Shown piece by piece: positions 16,590 to 24,955 of a DNA stretch of 64,000 nt (the first letter of the stretch is position 1; each line of letters begins with the position of its first letter). The notes below the pieces were generated by a model that made no database searches, was not told the DNA's origin, and worked only from the letters and a program-made list of their open reading frames with translations. The stretch is from Saccharofermentans sp. (lineage in GTDB: Bacteria; Bacillota; Clostridia; Saccharofermentanales; Saccharofermentanaceae): the NCBI GenBank assembly GCA_016292135.1, contig JAEFAZ010000010.1:7560-71559 (forward strand), written 5' to 3'. Made by a program: the position numbers and the translations under genes.

Positions 16590-17810
16590 ATGCCCATTGA
16601 TATCGATCTGATCCGTAAAGATTTTCCCCTGATAAACGATGAAGTCGCTTATCTTGATAATGCCGCGACGACTCAGAAGCCCGAATGCGTCATCAATGCC
16701 ATATCTGACTATTACAGAACGAGCAATGCTAACCCGATGAGAGGTCTTTACAAGCTGTCCGTTGCAGCTACTGATGCTTATGAGAACGCAAGGACCAAGG
16801 TCGCTTCATTCATCAATGCAAAATATCCCTCAGAGATCGTTTTTACCCGCAATGCCACCGAGAGCATAAACCTGGTTGCAGAAACATATGCCATGGCAAA
16901 CTTAGGCGAAGGAGATTCGATCCTTATAAGCATCGCAGAACACCACAGCAATCTCCTTCCCTGGCAGAGGGTTGCCGCCGCCAAAGGCTGCAAGCTTAAA
17001 TACATAGATACTGATGAGAGCGGAAAGATCACTGTCGAAGCATTCAAGGCAGCCGTAACAGCTGATGTTAAGTTCGTTGCGATCAACCAGATCTCTAACG
17101 TACTGGGCACGTTAAATCCCGTCAGGGAGTTTTCGAAGATCGCCCACGATAACGGGGCAAAGATCCTTGTTGATGCTTCCCAGAGCGTTCCCCACATCAA
17201 AGTCGATGTGACTGACATTGACTGTGATTTTCTTGTATTCTCAGGACACAAGATCTATGCCCCCATGGGCATCGGTGCCTTATACGGCAAGAAAGAGCTT
17301 CTTGAATCCATGCCTCCCTTCCTTAGAGGCGGCGAGATGATCGATTACGTTACGCGCGACTCGGCTACCTTCACCGAGGTCCCCCACAAGTTCGAGGCGG
17401 GCACGGTAAATGTCGAGGGCGCTGCCGGTCTTACTGCTGCACTGGATTATGTGTCCGCGATCGGTATAGATGAGATCGCAAAACGTGAGGAATACCTGAC
17501 GAAGATCGCTTTCGAAAAGCTTTCCAACGTTCCTCACGTTAAGATACTCGGTTCTTCAGACTATGTCGATCACCACGGCATCCTGACATTTGTTATCGAA
17601 GGCGTGCATCCTCACGACATTGCGTATATAATGGATGCCGACGATGTCTGCGTTCGCGCGGGTCACCATTGCGCCCAGCCTCTGATGAAGCATCTCGGTG
17701 TTATGTCGACCACGAGAGCGAGCATCTCTTTCTATAACACGGAAGACGAGATCGACCGCTTTGTAAGATCAGTCGCCGGGATCAGGAGCAAGATGGGTTA
17801 TGCCGAATAA
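16590..17810 (+). CDS. sufS: Cysteine desulfurase SufS
   Basis: YLDNAATTQKP, FSGHK (PLP Lys), RAGHHCAQP (catalytic Cys). Confidence 0.96.
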   Translation: MPIDIDLIRKDFPLINDEVAYLDNAATTQKPECVINAISDYYRTSNANPMRGLYKLSVAATDAYENARTKVASFINAKYPSEIVFTRNATESINLVAETYAMANLGEGDSILISIAEHHSNLLPWQRVAAAKGCKLKYIDTDESGKITVEAFKAAVTADVKFVAINQISNVLGTLNPVREFSKIAHDNGAKILVDASQSVPHIKVDVTDIDCDFLVFSGHKIYAPMGIGALYGKKELLESMPPFLRGGEMIDYVTRDSATFTEVPHKFEAGTVNVEGAAGLTAALDYVSAIGIDEIAKREEYLTKIAFEKLSNVPHVKILGSSDYVDHHGILTFVIEGVHPHDIAYIMDADDVCVRAGHHCAQPLMKHLGVMSTTRASISFYNTEDEIDRFVRSVAGIRSKMGYAE

Positions 17811-18255
17811 CACTTTCTATAACGAGATACTTACCGAACACAATATCCGCCCTTTCCACAAGAAGAAGCTGGAAAACCCCGACTTCACGCTTGAGGGCGT
17901 TAATCCTTCATGCGGTGACGACATTATCCTGGCTCTTAAGGTGGATGATGATGTCATCACGGACGGCGCATTTGAAGGCGACGGCTGTGCCATATCCCAG
18001 GCATCCTGCGACATGATGTTGGATCTCATAATCGGAAGGCCCAAGGCAGAGGCCCTGGAACTTGCGGATATCTTTCTCCGCATGATCAAGAGCAAGATCA
18101 CGGACGAAGAGAAAGACCGTCTTGAAGAAGCAGGGATCCTTGAGGATATTTCCCACATGCCGGCACGCGTTAAGTGTGCAGTCTTAGGCTGGCACACCAT
18201 GGAAGAGATCTTCAAGGGCGCGACCGAGGGATCTGCCACTACCGAGGATATGTGA
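17800..18255 (+). CDS. sufU: SUF system NifU-family scaffold/sulfur acceptor SufU
   Basis: NPSCGDDI, GCAISQAS, RVKCAVLGW. Confidence 0.94.
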   Translation: MPNNTFYNEILTEHNIRPFHKKKLENPDFTLEGVNPSCGDDIILALKVDDDVITDGAFEGDGCAISQASCDMMLDLIIGRPKAEALELADIFLRMIKSKITDEEKDRLEEAGILEDISHMPARVKCAVLGWHTMEEIFKGATEGSATTEDM

Positions 18256-19377
18256 TCAGAATATATTCTTTCTCCTGAAGATCAGGAAACCGCCTGCAAT
18301 CCATACGCATGACCAGAGAAGAGTCTTGATGATGTAGACCAAATTAAGAGTCGTATATTTGACAGTCACATCGACCTCTTTCAGTTCCCCTCTGTATCCG
18401 TCTATCTTGGATGATAATTCGCTGATATCAGCGAAACTCATAAGGAAGCTGTCTTCCATGTTCACATAGGAAGAGAGCGACGTCTGTAACTCTTCGGTGT
18501 AGGATGTATCGAGCAGGGACATCCTGTAATCGTTCGGTATGCCCGCATCAGTTACAATATACAGGACTCTTGCAACATAATAGAAGGGTTTGTTGGGCGT
18601 AAGGAGCTGATCGTAATAGAAGTCAAGGTCATCCACATATTCATAATCCGCATAGGCATCAGGATCAGCGGTATAATCCGGCTGAACAGGAGCAGTATTC
18701 TTGAGGTAGGGATCGATATCGGCCTTTGCCCTTTCGCCGATACTCAGGTATTTGTTAAGGTCTGACGAGGAATAGTTTCCTAAGGATGAAATAAGCCCTG
18801 CTGTCGATAAAGAGAATGCAAAGACGGCGCATAAGACTATCGGCAAAGCGCGTCTCCTGACACAAAGAGTAAAAGCCGTATAAAGGAAGATCATCGAGAT
18901 GTAGGCAAATACAGGAACCAGGAGCCTTACGAACATCATGCCGCCTGCAAAGTCGAGCTGAACCCTGTTTACTGCGAGTACGATAAGAGCAGCCGAGATG
19001 CATATCACGACCTCGACCAGAGCGACTGCCGTCTGAGTTATGACGTAAGAGAAAAATATGTCGGACCTCTTGTGTCCTGCGATCATCTTATTGCGGAGAA
19101 ACCCGCTGGACATATCGTTGCCAACGAACAAAGTGACATAAAGAGCCCCCATGATAGGAAATACCGAGTAAAAGCCGGTGAGCGCAGTCCATGTCGACAT
19201 TCGGGCCAAGCTTTCTTTCGAGATCATATCGACGGTAAAAAGATCCATCGCGGACGATTGATAAAAGACTCCGGCCGCACCGCTTACGATACCGATCAGG
19301 AGCGGCAGCGCCAAAACCACATAAGACAAAGGAGAAGACTTGATCCTCTTTAATTCGAACTTGATAAGATCAAACAT
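18256..19377 (-). CDS. ABC-2 type permease with a large acidic extracellular loop
   Basis: About 6 hydrophobic segments, RNKMIAGHKRSDIF cytoplasmic motif, C-terminal FRRKNIF. Confidence 0.8.
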   Translation of the reverse strand: MFDLIKFELKRIKSSPLSYVVLALPLLIGIVSGAAGVFYQSSAMDLFTVDMISKESLARMSTWTALTGFYSVFPIMGALYVTLFVGNDMSSGFLRNKMIAGHKRSDIFFSYVITQTAVALVEVVICISAALIVLAVNRVQLDFAGGMMFVRLLVPVFAYISMIFLYTAFTLCVRRRALPIVLCAVFAFSLSTAGLISSLGNYSSSDLNKYLSIGERAKADIDPYLKNTAPVQPDYTADPDAYADYEYVDDLDFYYDQLLTPNKPFYYVARVLYIVTDAGIPNDYRMSLLDTSYTEELQTSLSSYVNMEDSFLMSFADISELSSKIDGYRGELKEVDVTVKYTTLNLVYIIKTLLWSCVWIAGGFLIFRRKNIF

Positions 19378-20293
19378 TTGGATCACCTCCTACAAGACCT
19401 ACGAAGAATCTTTCGAGATCCGTCTCCTGGGTGTCGACCTTGCTGATCTCAACACCCGCGTCAAGCGCTGTTGTTACCAAGGTCGTAAGCTTCTCTTCAC
19501 CTTCGAATTCGACCTTATCCTGGGCGATGATGCGGGGCGAAAAGCCCAGACCGCTGAGAACGGGCAGGATCTTTCCGGGATCATCACAGGTTATGGTCGT
19601 GAACTTCTTCCCTGCATTTTCGATCTCATGGGCAGTTGCTGTCTTTACGACCCTGCCTTCTTCGATGAAGGCATAGTGTGTTGCAAGTTTGGATAGTTCT
19701 GAAAGTATGTGACTCGATATGACGATCGTGATCCCCTTTTCACGGCTCAGCCTAAGAAGGAGGTTACGGACTTCCAGGATACCCTGGGGATCAAGACCAT
19801 TAACGGGTTCGTCCAGGACAAGGAGTTCGGGGTTGCCGACCAGAGCCATCGCGATACCCAGACGCTGACGCATACCGAGCGAGAATTTGCCCGCATGCTT
19901 CTTGCCTGTATCGGCAAGGCCTACGAAAGTAAGCAGTTCGTCAAGAGACTCATCCACCTTTTGTCCGAGGTTCATGTACTGGAAGACAAGATTATCACGC
20001 GCGGATAAGTTAGTATAGATGGACGCGAGTTCAACGATAGCGCCTACCGCTCCGATCCTGTCTCCCGCAACGTTAAGCGATATAGAACCTTCATCACATT
20101 TCTGAAGGCCTGTCATCAGTCTCATGAGAGTTGTCTTGCCTGCCCCGTTCCTTCCGACAAGTCCATATACCGAACCCTTCGGAATGTTGAATGTAATATC
20201 CTTTAAGATCGTACTCTTTCCGTACTTCTTTCCTACGCCGGACAGAACGATAACATCATCTGTCATAGCTTTTACCGCCGCGTCTGATCCCAT
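19370..20293 (-). CDS. ABC transporter ATPase (BcrA/LanF-like)
   Basis: GRNGAGKTT, FSLGMRQRLG, LDEPVNGLDP; Glu in the Q-loop position (IVELAS). Confidence 0.9.
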   Translation of the reverse strand: MGSDAAVKAMTDDVIVLSGVGKKYGKSTILKDITFNIPKGSVYGLVGRNGAGKTTLMRLMTGLQKCDEGSISLNVAGDRIGAVGAIVELASIYTNLSARDNLVFQYMNLGQKVDESLDELLTFVGLADTGKKHAGKFSLGMRQRLGIAMALVGNPELLVLDEPVNGLDPQGILEVRNLLLRLSREKGITIVISSHILSELSKLATHYAFIEEGRVVKTATAHEIENAGKKFTTITCDDPGKILPVLSGLGFSPRIIAQDKVEFEGEEKLTTLVTTALDAGVEISKVDTQETDLERFFVGLVGGDPNV

Positions 20294-20319
20294 TTTTTTC
20301 TCCTCTCATTCCATAAGGC

Positions 20320-22344
20320 TTACTGCCCGTCTTTAAGGTAATAACCTTTCATTATCGAGTTATCTCCGTTACCGAAAACGATATTATATTCAAAACAGTT
20401 ATAAAGGCCGACCGCCTTCTTATCGGCGTCGTTAAGATAATAACCCTTGTCGATTATATTGTTCTCCCTGTTCGAAAAGTATCCGACTCCGTTGATCACG
20501 GGGATCTCCTTACGGATATTCTTAAGAAGCTTAAAGTATGAATTAAGCTCGAATCCGGCTGCCTCCAAAGTATCGAGGGACAGATAGTTGAGGCTCGTGT
20601 ATCCGGCTCCGCCGTAGTGCTCCGCGCCGGCAGAAGACTTATCAATATCGTAATTGGCCCAGATCATGTAAGGCACGAGCCAGGCTCTTCCCGCCGCGCC
20701 GTAATCTTCAGCCGAGTCAAGACCGACACTGGGCTGATGGTCGCCGAAGATCAGAACGACATATTTCTCATCCTGTGATGAAAGATAATCCGTCAGTTCC
20801 TTAAATGCTTTGTCGGACCTTGATATCAGCGTGTTGAAGCAATTGACGTTGAGATTGTCGTGTTCGTTCAATGCGTTGGTGTAACTGTCGACTTCGATAT
20901 CAGGCGAATCGTAAGGAGAGTGGTTCTGTATCGTGATAACGAAGGTGAAGGTCTTCTCCCCTTCCTCCTTCTTGTCCAGTTTGTTTATGAGATTCCTGTA
21001 AGCGCAGCTGTCGGAGATCTTGCCGTTGACGATATCCTCATTGCCGTATTCGAAATCATCGATGAAGACCATGTCATCGAAGCCCATCAGAGGATATACG
21101 TTCGTCCTGTTCCAGCCTTCGGCGATATAAGGATGCATTACGCTCGTCTTATAGCCGCTGTCCTTGAGGAACTGGGCCATGGAATAGATCCTGTTGTCTG
21201 CGATATAAGACTGGTAAGGGACCGAGCCGTCAGGCATGAAGGCCATGCTCATTCCTGTAAGGACTTCATACTCGGTATTGCAGGTATTGCCTCCGAAAAC
21301 AGAAGCAAAAGCCGTTCCGGAGATGGTATTGGGTTTCCCTGCCAGGCTCTTCCAGTAAGGATCGGGAACATTCATCTTGCCTGTCTTATCCTCGTAGAGC
21401 GAAAGATCGGCATAGGATTCGCTTAAGATGACGATCACGTTCGCAGTGTCATCAGACTGTTTACTGACGAGCTCGCTGCCTACATCCTGCTGAGCCAGCA
21501 TGGCATCAAGCGCTTCGACAGAATATCCTTCCGGTTCCTCGATGATGAAGACATCGAAAGACTTAACGAAAGTAATGTAGTAACCGTTGATGCAGGAAGG
21601 ATTGTATCCCCATTCGCTGTATTGATGGCCCTGATCGAACCATACATGGACCAGGGAATAAGAACCGACGGCGCAAAGGGCCGTAAGGACTGCAAACACG
21701 GGGATCCCTATGAGTCTGTTGATCCTTGGCTTTTCGACTTCAAGATGAACGAAGAACATCGAATAGAGCAAGAATGGCAATATCATGAAAGCTATAGGCT
21801 GCATCGGATTATAGGTATATGCGCCGGCAACGTTAGCCGCCGTTCCGATGGAAAGGAAATCATATGCGACCAGCTCATGGCCCCTGAAAGAATATACGAA
21901 ATAGTCCGCCACGGATAACAGAAGGAAAGGAACTTCGCAGACGATGGCCGCGACCTTGGGGGACATGAACAACAGCCTGCAGAGATAATAGGCGCATACG
22001 ATCAGAAGGATCTCATAGACCATCCTGTTCTGCACGAGCAGAAATCCCCAGAAGGAGAAAAGGAACTGCATGAACGTCGTATGAACGAATATGCCGAGCT
22101 GAAAGTAGTATAAGCCGAAGAGCGCCGCGTAGACCGGAAATATGATGTCCAGTATAAACCTGAACCTGCCCGGCACCTTGAACGAAGGAATGAGGAGCAG
22201 GAAGAAAAGGATTATACCGGCACATGCTTCGGGATAGGACATGTAGATCAGGATGATATCAACTATGGCAATTACAAGTGCCACAGCCAGCCTGATGAGA
22301 TTCTTCTTATCGAAAACAAATATCCCTTTGATCTTATCCAGCAT
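20320..22344 (-). CDS. LTA synthase (LtaS)-family membrane sulfatase-fold enzyme
   Basis: N-terminal TM bundle; ILSES, GGNTCNTE (catalytic Thr), QNHSPY, FGDHQP. Confidence 0.87.
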   Translation of the reverse strand: MLDKIKGIFVFDKKNLIRLAVALVIAIVDIILIYMSYPEACAGIILFFLLLIPSFKVPGRFRFILDIIFPVYAALFGLYYFQLGIFVHTTFMQFLFSFWGFLLVQNRMVYEILLIVCAYYLCRLLFMSPKVAAIVCEVPFLLLSVADYFVYSFRGHELVAYDFLSIGTAANVAGAYTYNPMQPIAFMILPFLLYSMFFVHLEVEKPRINRLIGIPVFAVLTALCAVGSYSLVHVWFDQGHQYSEWGYNPSCINGYYITFVKSFDVFIIEEPEGYSVEALDAMLAQQDVGSELVSKQSDDTANVIVILSESYADLSLYEDKTGKMNVPDPYWKSLAGKPNTISGTAFASVFGGNTCNTEYEVLTGMSMAFMPDGSVPYQSYIADNRIYSMAQFLKDSGYKTSVMHPYIAEGWNRTNVYPLMGFDDMVFIDDFEYGNEDIVNGKISDSCAYRNLINKLDKKEEGEKTFTFVITIQNHSPYDSPDIEVDSYTNALNEHDNLNVNCFNTLISRSDKAFKELTDYLSSQDEKYVVLIFGDHQPSVGLDSAEDYGAAGRAWLVPYMIWANYDIDKSSAGAEHYGGAGYTSLNYLSLDTLEAAGFELNSYFKLLKNIRKEIPVINGVGYFSNRENNIIDKGYYLNDADKKAVGLYNCFEYNIVFGNGDNSIMKGYYLKDGQ

Positions 22345-22408
22345 ATATCTTTCCTTATCTTCCGTAAGCTAGACTATATTTTACCATTAAAGGGGTGATA
22401 ATGCAGAT

Positions 22409-23017
22409 TTATCGTTTGACGAGGCTGTATGCTTTCGATGAGATGACAGATGCAAGAACGAGTTTGACCAGATCAGGGATCACATAAGGAAAACAGCAGA
22501 CAGTAAGAGCCAGTGTAAGCCCTGCGCGTCCCGTTTCAGGGGTATAGACTTTCATGAACCAGATAACGCCGACAGCATACATAACGACTTCACAGATCAA
22601 GGCGATAACGATATTGAATACAAGTCTTCTGCCATAAGATGTCATGAGCTTTCCGAAGACCTTCTCCGATAAAAGCCAATAGACCAGAGCCACGGAAATA
22701 AAGCCGGCAAGGAATCCTCCCGTGGGACCCGCGAGCACGGCAAAGCCTCCCTTGAAGCCGGCAAATACCGGAACACCGACAGCTCCCAGAAGCAGATAGC
22801 AGACAATGGATACAATGCCCCTCTTCCCGCCTATGGTCATCAGGACCATAAACACCGCCATCGTCTGCAAGGTAAAAGGGATCTGTCCGAAGGGTATCGA
22901 TATCCATGAGCAGATCGCGATCAGAGCGGCGCAAACAGCTTCAAGCACCATGTTGTATGTGCCGAAAACAGAATGTTTCCTGTTGTAAGCCTTGTTGTCA
23001 TTGCTCTTATCTGACAT
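22409..23017 (-). CDS. bioY: Biotin ECF transporter S component BioY
   Basis: PFTLQT, GAVGVPVFAG, GPTGGFL, PDLVK. Confidence 0.93.
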   Translation of the reverse strand: MSDKSNDNKAYNRKHSVFGTYNMVLEAVCAALIAICSWISIPFGQIPFTLQTMAVFMVLMTIGGKRGIVSIVCYLLLGAVGVPVFAGFKGGFAVLAGPTGGFLAGFISVALVYWLLSEKVFGKLMTSYGRRLVFNIVIALICEVVMYAVGVIWFMKVYTPETGRAGLTLALTVCCFPYVIPDLVKLVLASVISSKAYSLVKR

Positions 23018-23105
23018 ATAAAAACCGCCTCATATCTAAGATACAAGACGGATTATACTGTTATGTAAGTTAATTGTAAAGTCATTTTACGGAATTGCTT
23101 TACAA

Positions 23106-24134
23106 TCAAAGAAGAGCGATCAGATCTTCCCTGACCTGCTGCATGTGAGGATCGGTAATACCGAAATCCATCTCCTTATAGGTCCAGGCAGCTCTTCCGA
23201 TATTGTATTTCTCGAAAGCTCCGGAGATCATCTGATACCACTTCAGCGTATCCTCCGCACGGGCCTCGGCAATTACGCCGTACTCGCCGCAATAGAGAGC
23301 CACGCCGCGTTCTTCACATATCTCGACGGCCTTGGCAAAACTCCTTTCGAAGTATTCTACTGAAAGGCTGTCCTGAGGATCGAAAGCATCAAAGGATAAG
23401 GACATCTGTTCAAACTGCTCGGAAGAACACTTTTCGAGTTCGGAATAAGGAGCCTCCACGGAGATCCTGAACGAGGTATCCATGCCCTTCACCCAGAAAG
23501 CACCCTGGTGCGTAAAGATCAGAGGCTCGTAGAAATGGAAGTTATATACGATATTCTCATCCGCCGGCATATCGAGATCGACAATGGCCTCGATACAGTT
23601 GTTGTAGTATCCTCCGATAAGGATCTTAACCTCGGGAGCGATCGCCCTGATCCTCTTTATGCAGATGGCAGCGACACTGTTCCAAGTGTCACAGTACTCC
23701 TTGTCCGTGACTTCATTAAGGAGCTCGAAAGCGATCGAAGAGGGCTTGTTTCCGTATCTTCCGGCAAGTTCCTCCCAAAGCCGGCAGAAACGTTCCTGAT
23801 ATCTTTCGTTCTCGAAGAAACCGTATTCGTTATGAAGGTAATCGAAAGAATAACCGTATGTCTTATGCAGATCTATAATCAGGTTAAGACCGTATCTTTC
23901 GCACCATTCGACGGTCTTGTCAATGTAAGAGAAACCGTCTTCTTTATAGTCACCTTCATCTGTCTCGACGAGATTGTAATCGATAGGAAGCCTTATGTGA
24001 TCCAATCCCCATGAGGCAATAGTCCTGATATCGTCTTCTGTAATGAAGTTATCAAAGCGCTCTTTGGAATAATCGCACTGCGACAGCCATCCTCCCAGAT
24101 TGATACCGTGCCCGAAGCCTTCAAACTTCTTCAT
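23106..24134 (-). CDS. GH5 endoglucanase/cellodextrinase, CelC-like, no signal peptide
   Basis: GINLGGWLSQ, DHIRLP, FELLNE, FHFYEP, CGEYG; same layout as Clostridium thermocellum CelC as I recall it. Confidence 0.9.
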   Translation of the reverse strand: MKKFEGFGHGINLGGWLSQCDYSKERFDNFITEDDIRTIASWGLDHIRLPIDYNLVETDEGDYKEDGFSYIDKTVEWCERYGLNLIIDLHKTYGYSFDYLHNEYGFFENERYQERFCRLWEELAGRYGNKPSSIAFELLNEVTDKEYCDTWNSVAAICIKRIRAIAPEVKILIGGYYNNCIEAIVDLDMPADENIVYNFHFYEPLIFTHQGAFWVKGMDTSFRISVEAPYSELEKCSSEQFEQMSLSFDAFDPQDSLSVEYFERSFAKAVEICEERGVALYCGEYGVIAEARAEDTLKWYQMISGAFEKYNIGRAAWTYKEMDFGITDPHMQQVREDLIALL

Positions 24135-24171
24135 GTGGACCTCCTGACTGATCTATCCGTGACCTTTAAGG

Positions 24172-24930
24172 TCAGCCTTCTTCACCTGCTTCTTCAGCTG
24201 CTTTCTCTGCAGCTTTTTCAACGGTTTCTTCAACCTTCTCTTCAACAGTTTCCTTTACTTCCTCAACCTTGTCCTTGCCTTCATTCATTGCGGCCTCGAT
24301 GACATCGTTGACTGCCTGGTCATCAAGATTGGGATCTGCCTTCTTGTCGTCCTTCTCATAGTAGAACTTTACCTTGTCCTCACTGTTGCGGGCACCGTAT
24401 GCCTCAGCGATAGCGAAGCAGTCAGCCTTGAGCTGCTCGAAGTCCTCACGTGAAGCAAGATCCTTTGCAGATGTCTGGAAGCATGCATCCTCGAAAACAT
24501 CATCAAGGATGAGGTATTCATTAGCACTGCCGGATGCGTTGTCGAGCATACGCTCAGCCTTATCGGGAGTGCCCTTGCGTCCGTCAAAGTTTTCGAAAGG
24601 GATGGCGATCTTGCTGTATCTGTAGCGCAGGAAGATCTTCTTCTCATTGTAATCAACTGCGACACGGTACTTTGCAGACAGGAAAGTCTGGCAGAATACC
24701 AGGATCATGATGACTGCAACGATGAAAAGGAGACCTGCAAAAAGATAAGGCGTGATATAAAGTGCAGAACCCTGCGTAAGAAGAAAGCCGCCAAGGCCTG
24801 CGCTTGCCAAGAATACGATTGCAGATACGATGCGGTTGCGCATGATCTTAGAGCCTGATGCCGGATAGCAGTGAACACCCGACTGCGGCAGTTTTGCGAT
24901 AAGTTCCTGATTTTCAAAACCTGTAGACAT
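24172..24930 (-). CDS. Hypothetical membrane protein (2 TM, soluble domain, acidic tail)
   Basis: AGGAGG RBS, two hydrophobic helices, Glu/Lys-rich C-terminus. Confidence 0.7.
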   Translation of the reverse strand: MSTGFENQELIAKLPQSGVHCYPASGSKIMRNRIVSAIVFLASAGLGGFLLTQGSALYITPYLFAGLLFIVAVIMILVFCQTFLSAKYRVAVDYNEKKIFLRYRYSKIAIPFENFDGRKGTPDKAERMLDNASGSANEYLILDDVFEDACFQTSAKDLASREDFEQLKADCFAIAEAYGARNSEDKVKFYYEKDDKKADPNLDDQAVNDVIEAAMNEGKDKVEEVKETVEEKVEETVEKAAEKAAEEAGEEG

Positions 24931-24955
24931 ATAACACCTCCTGAATATTTACAGA

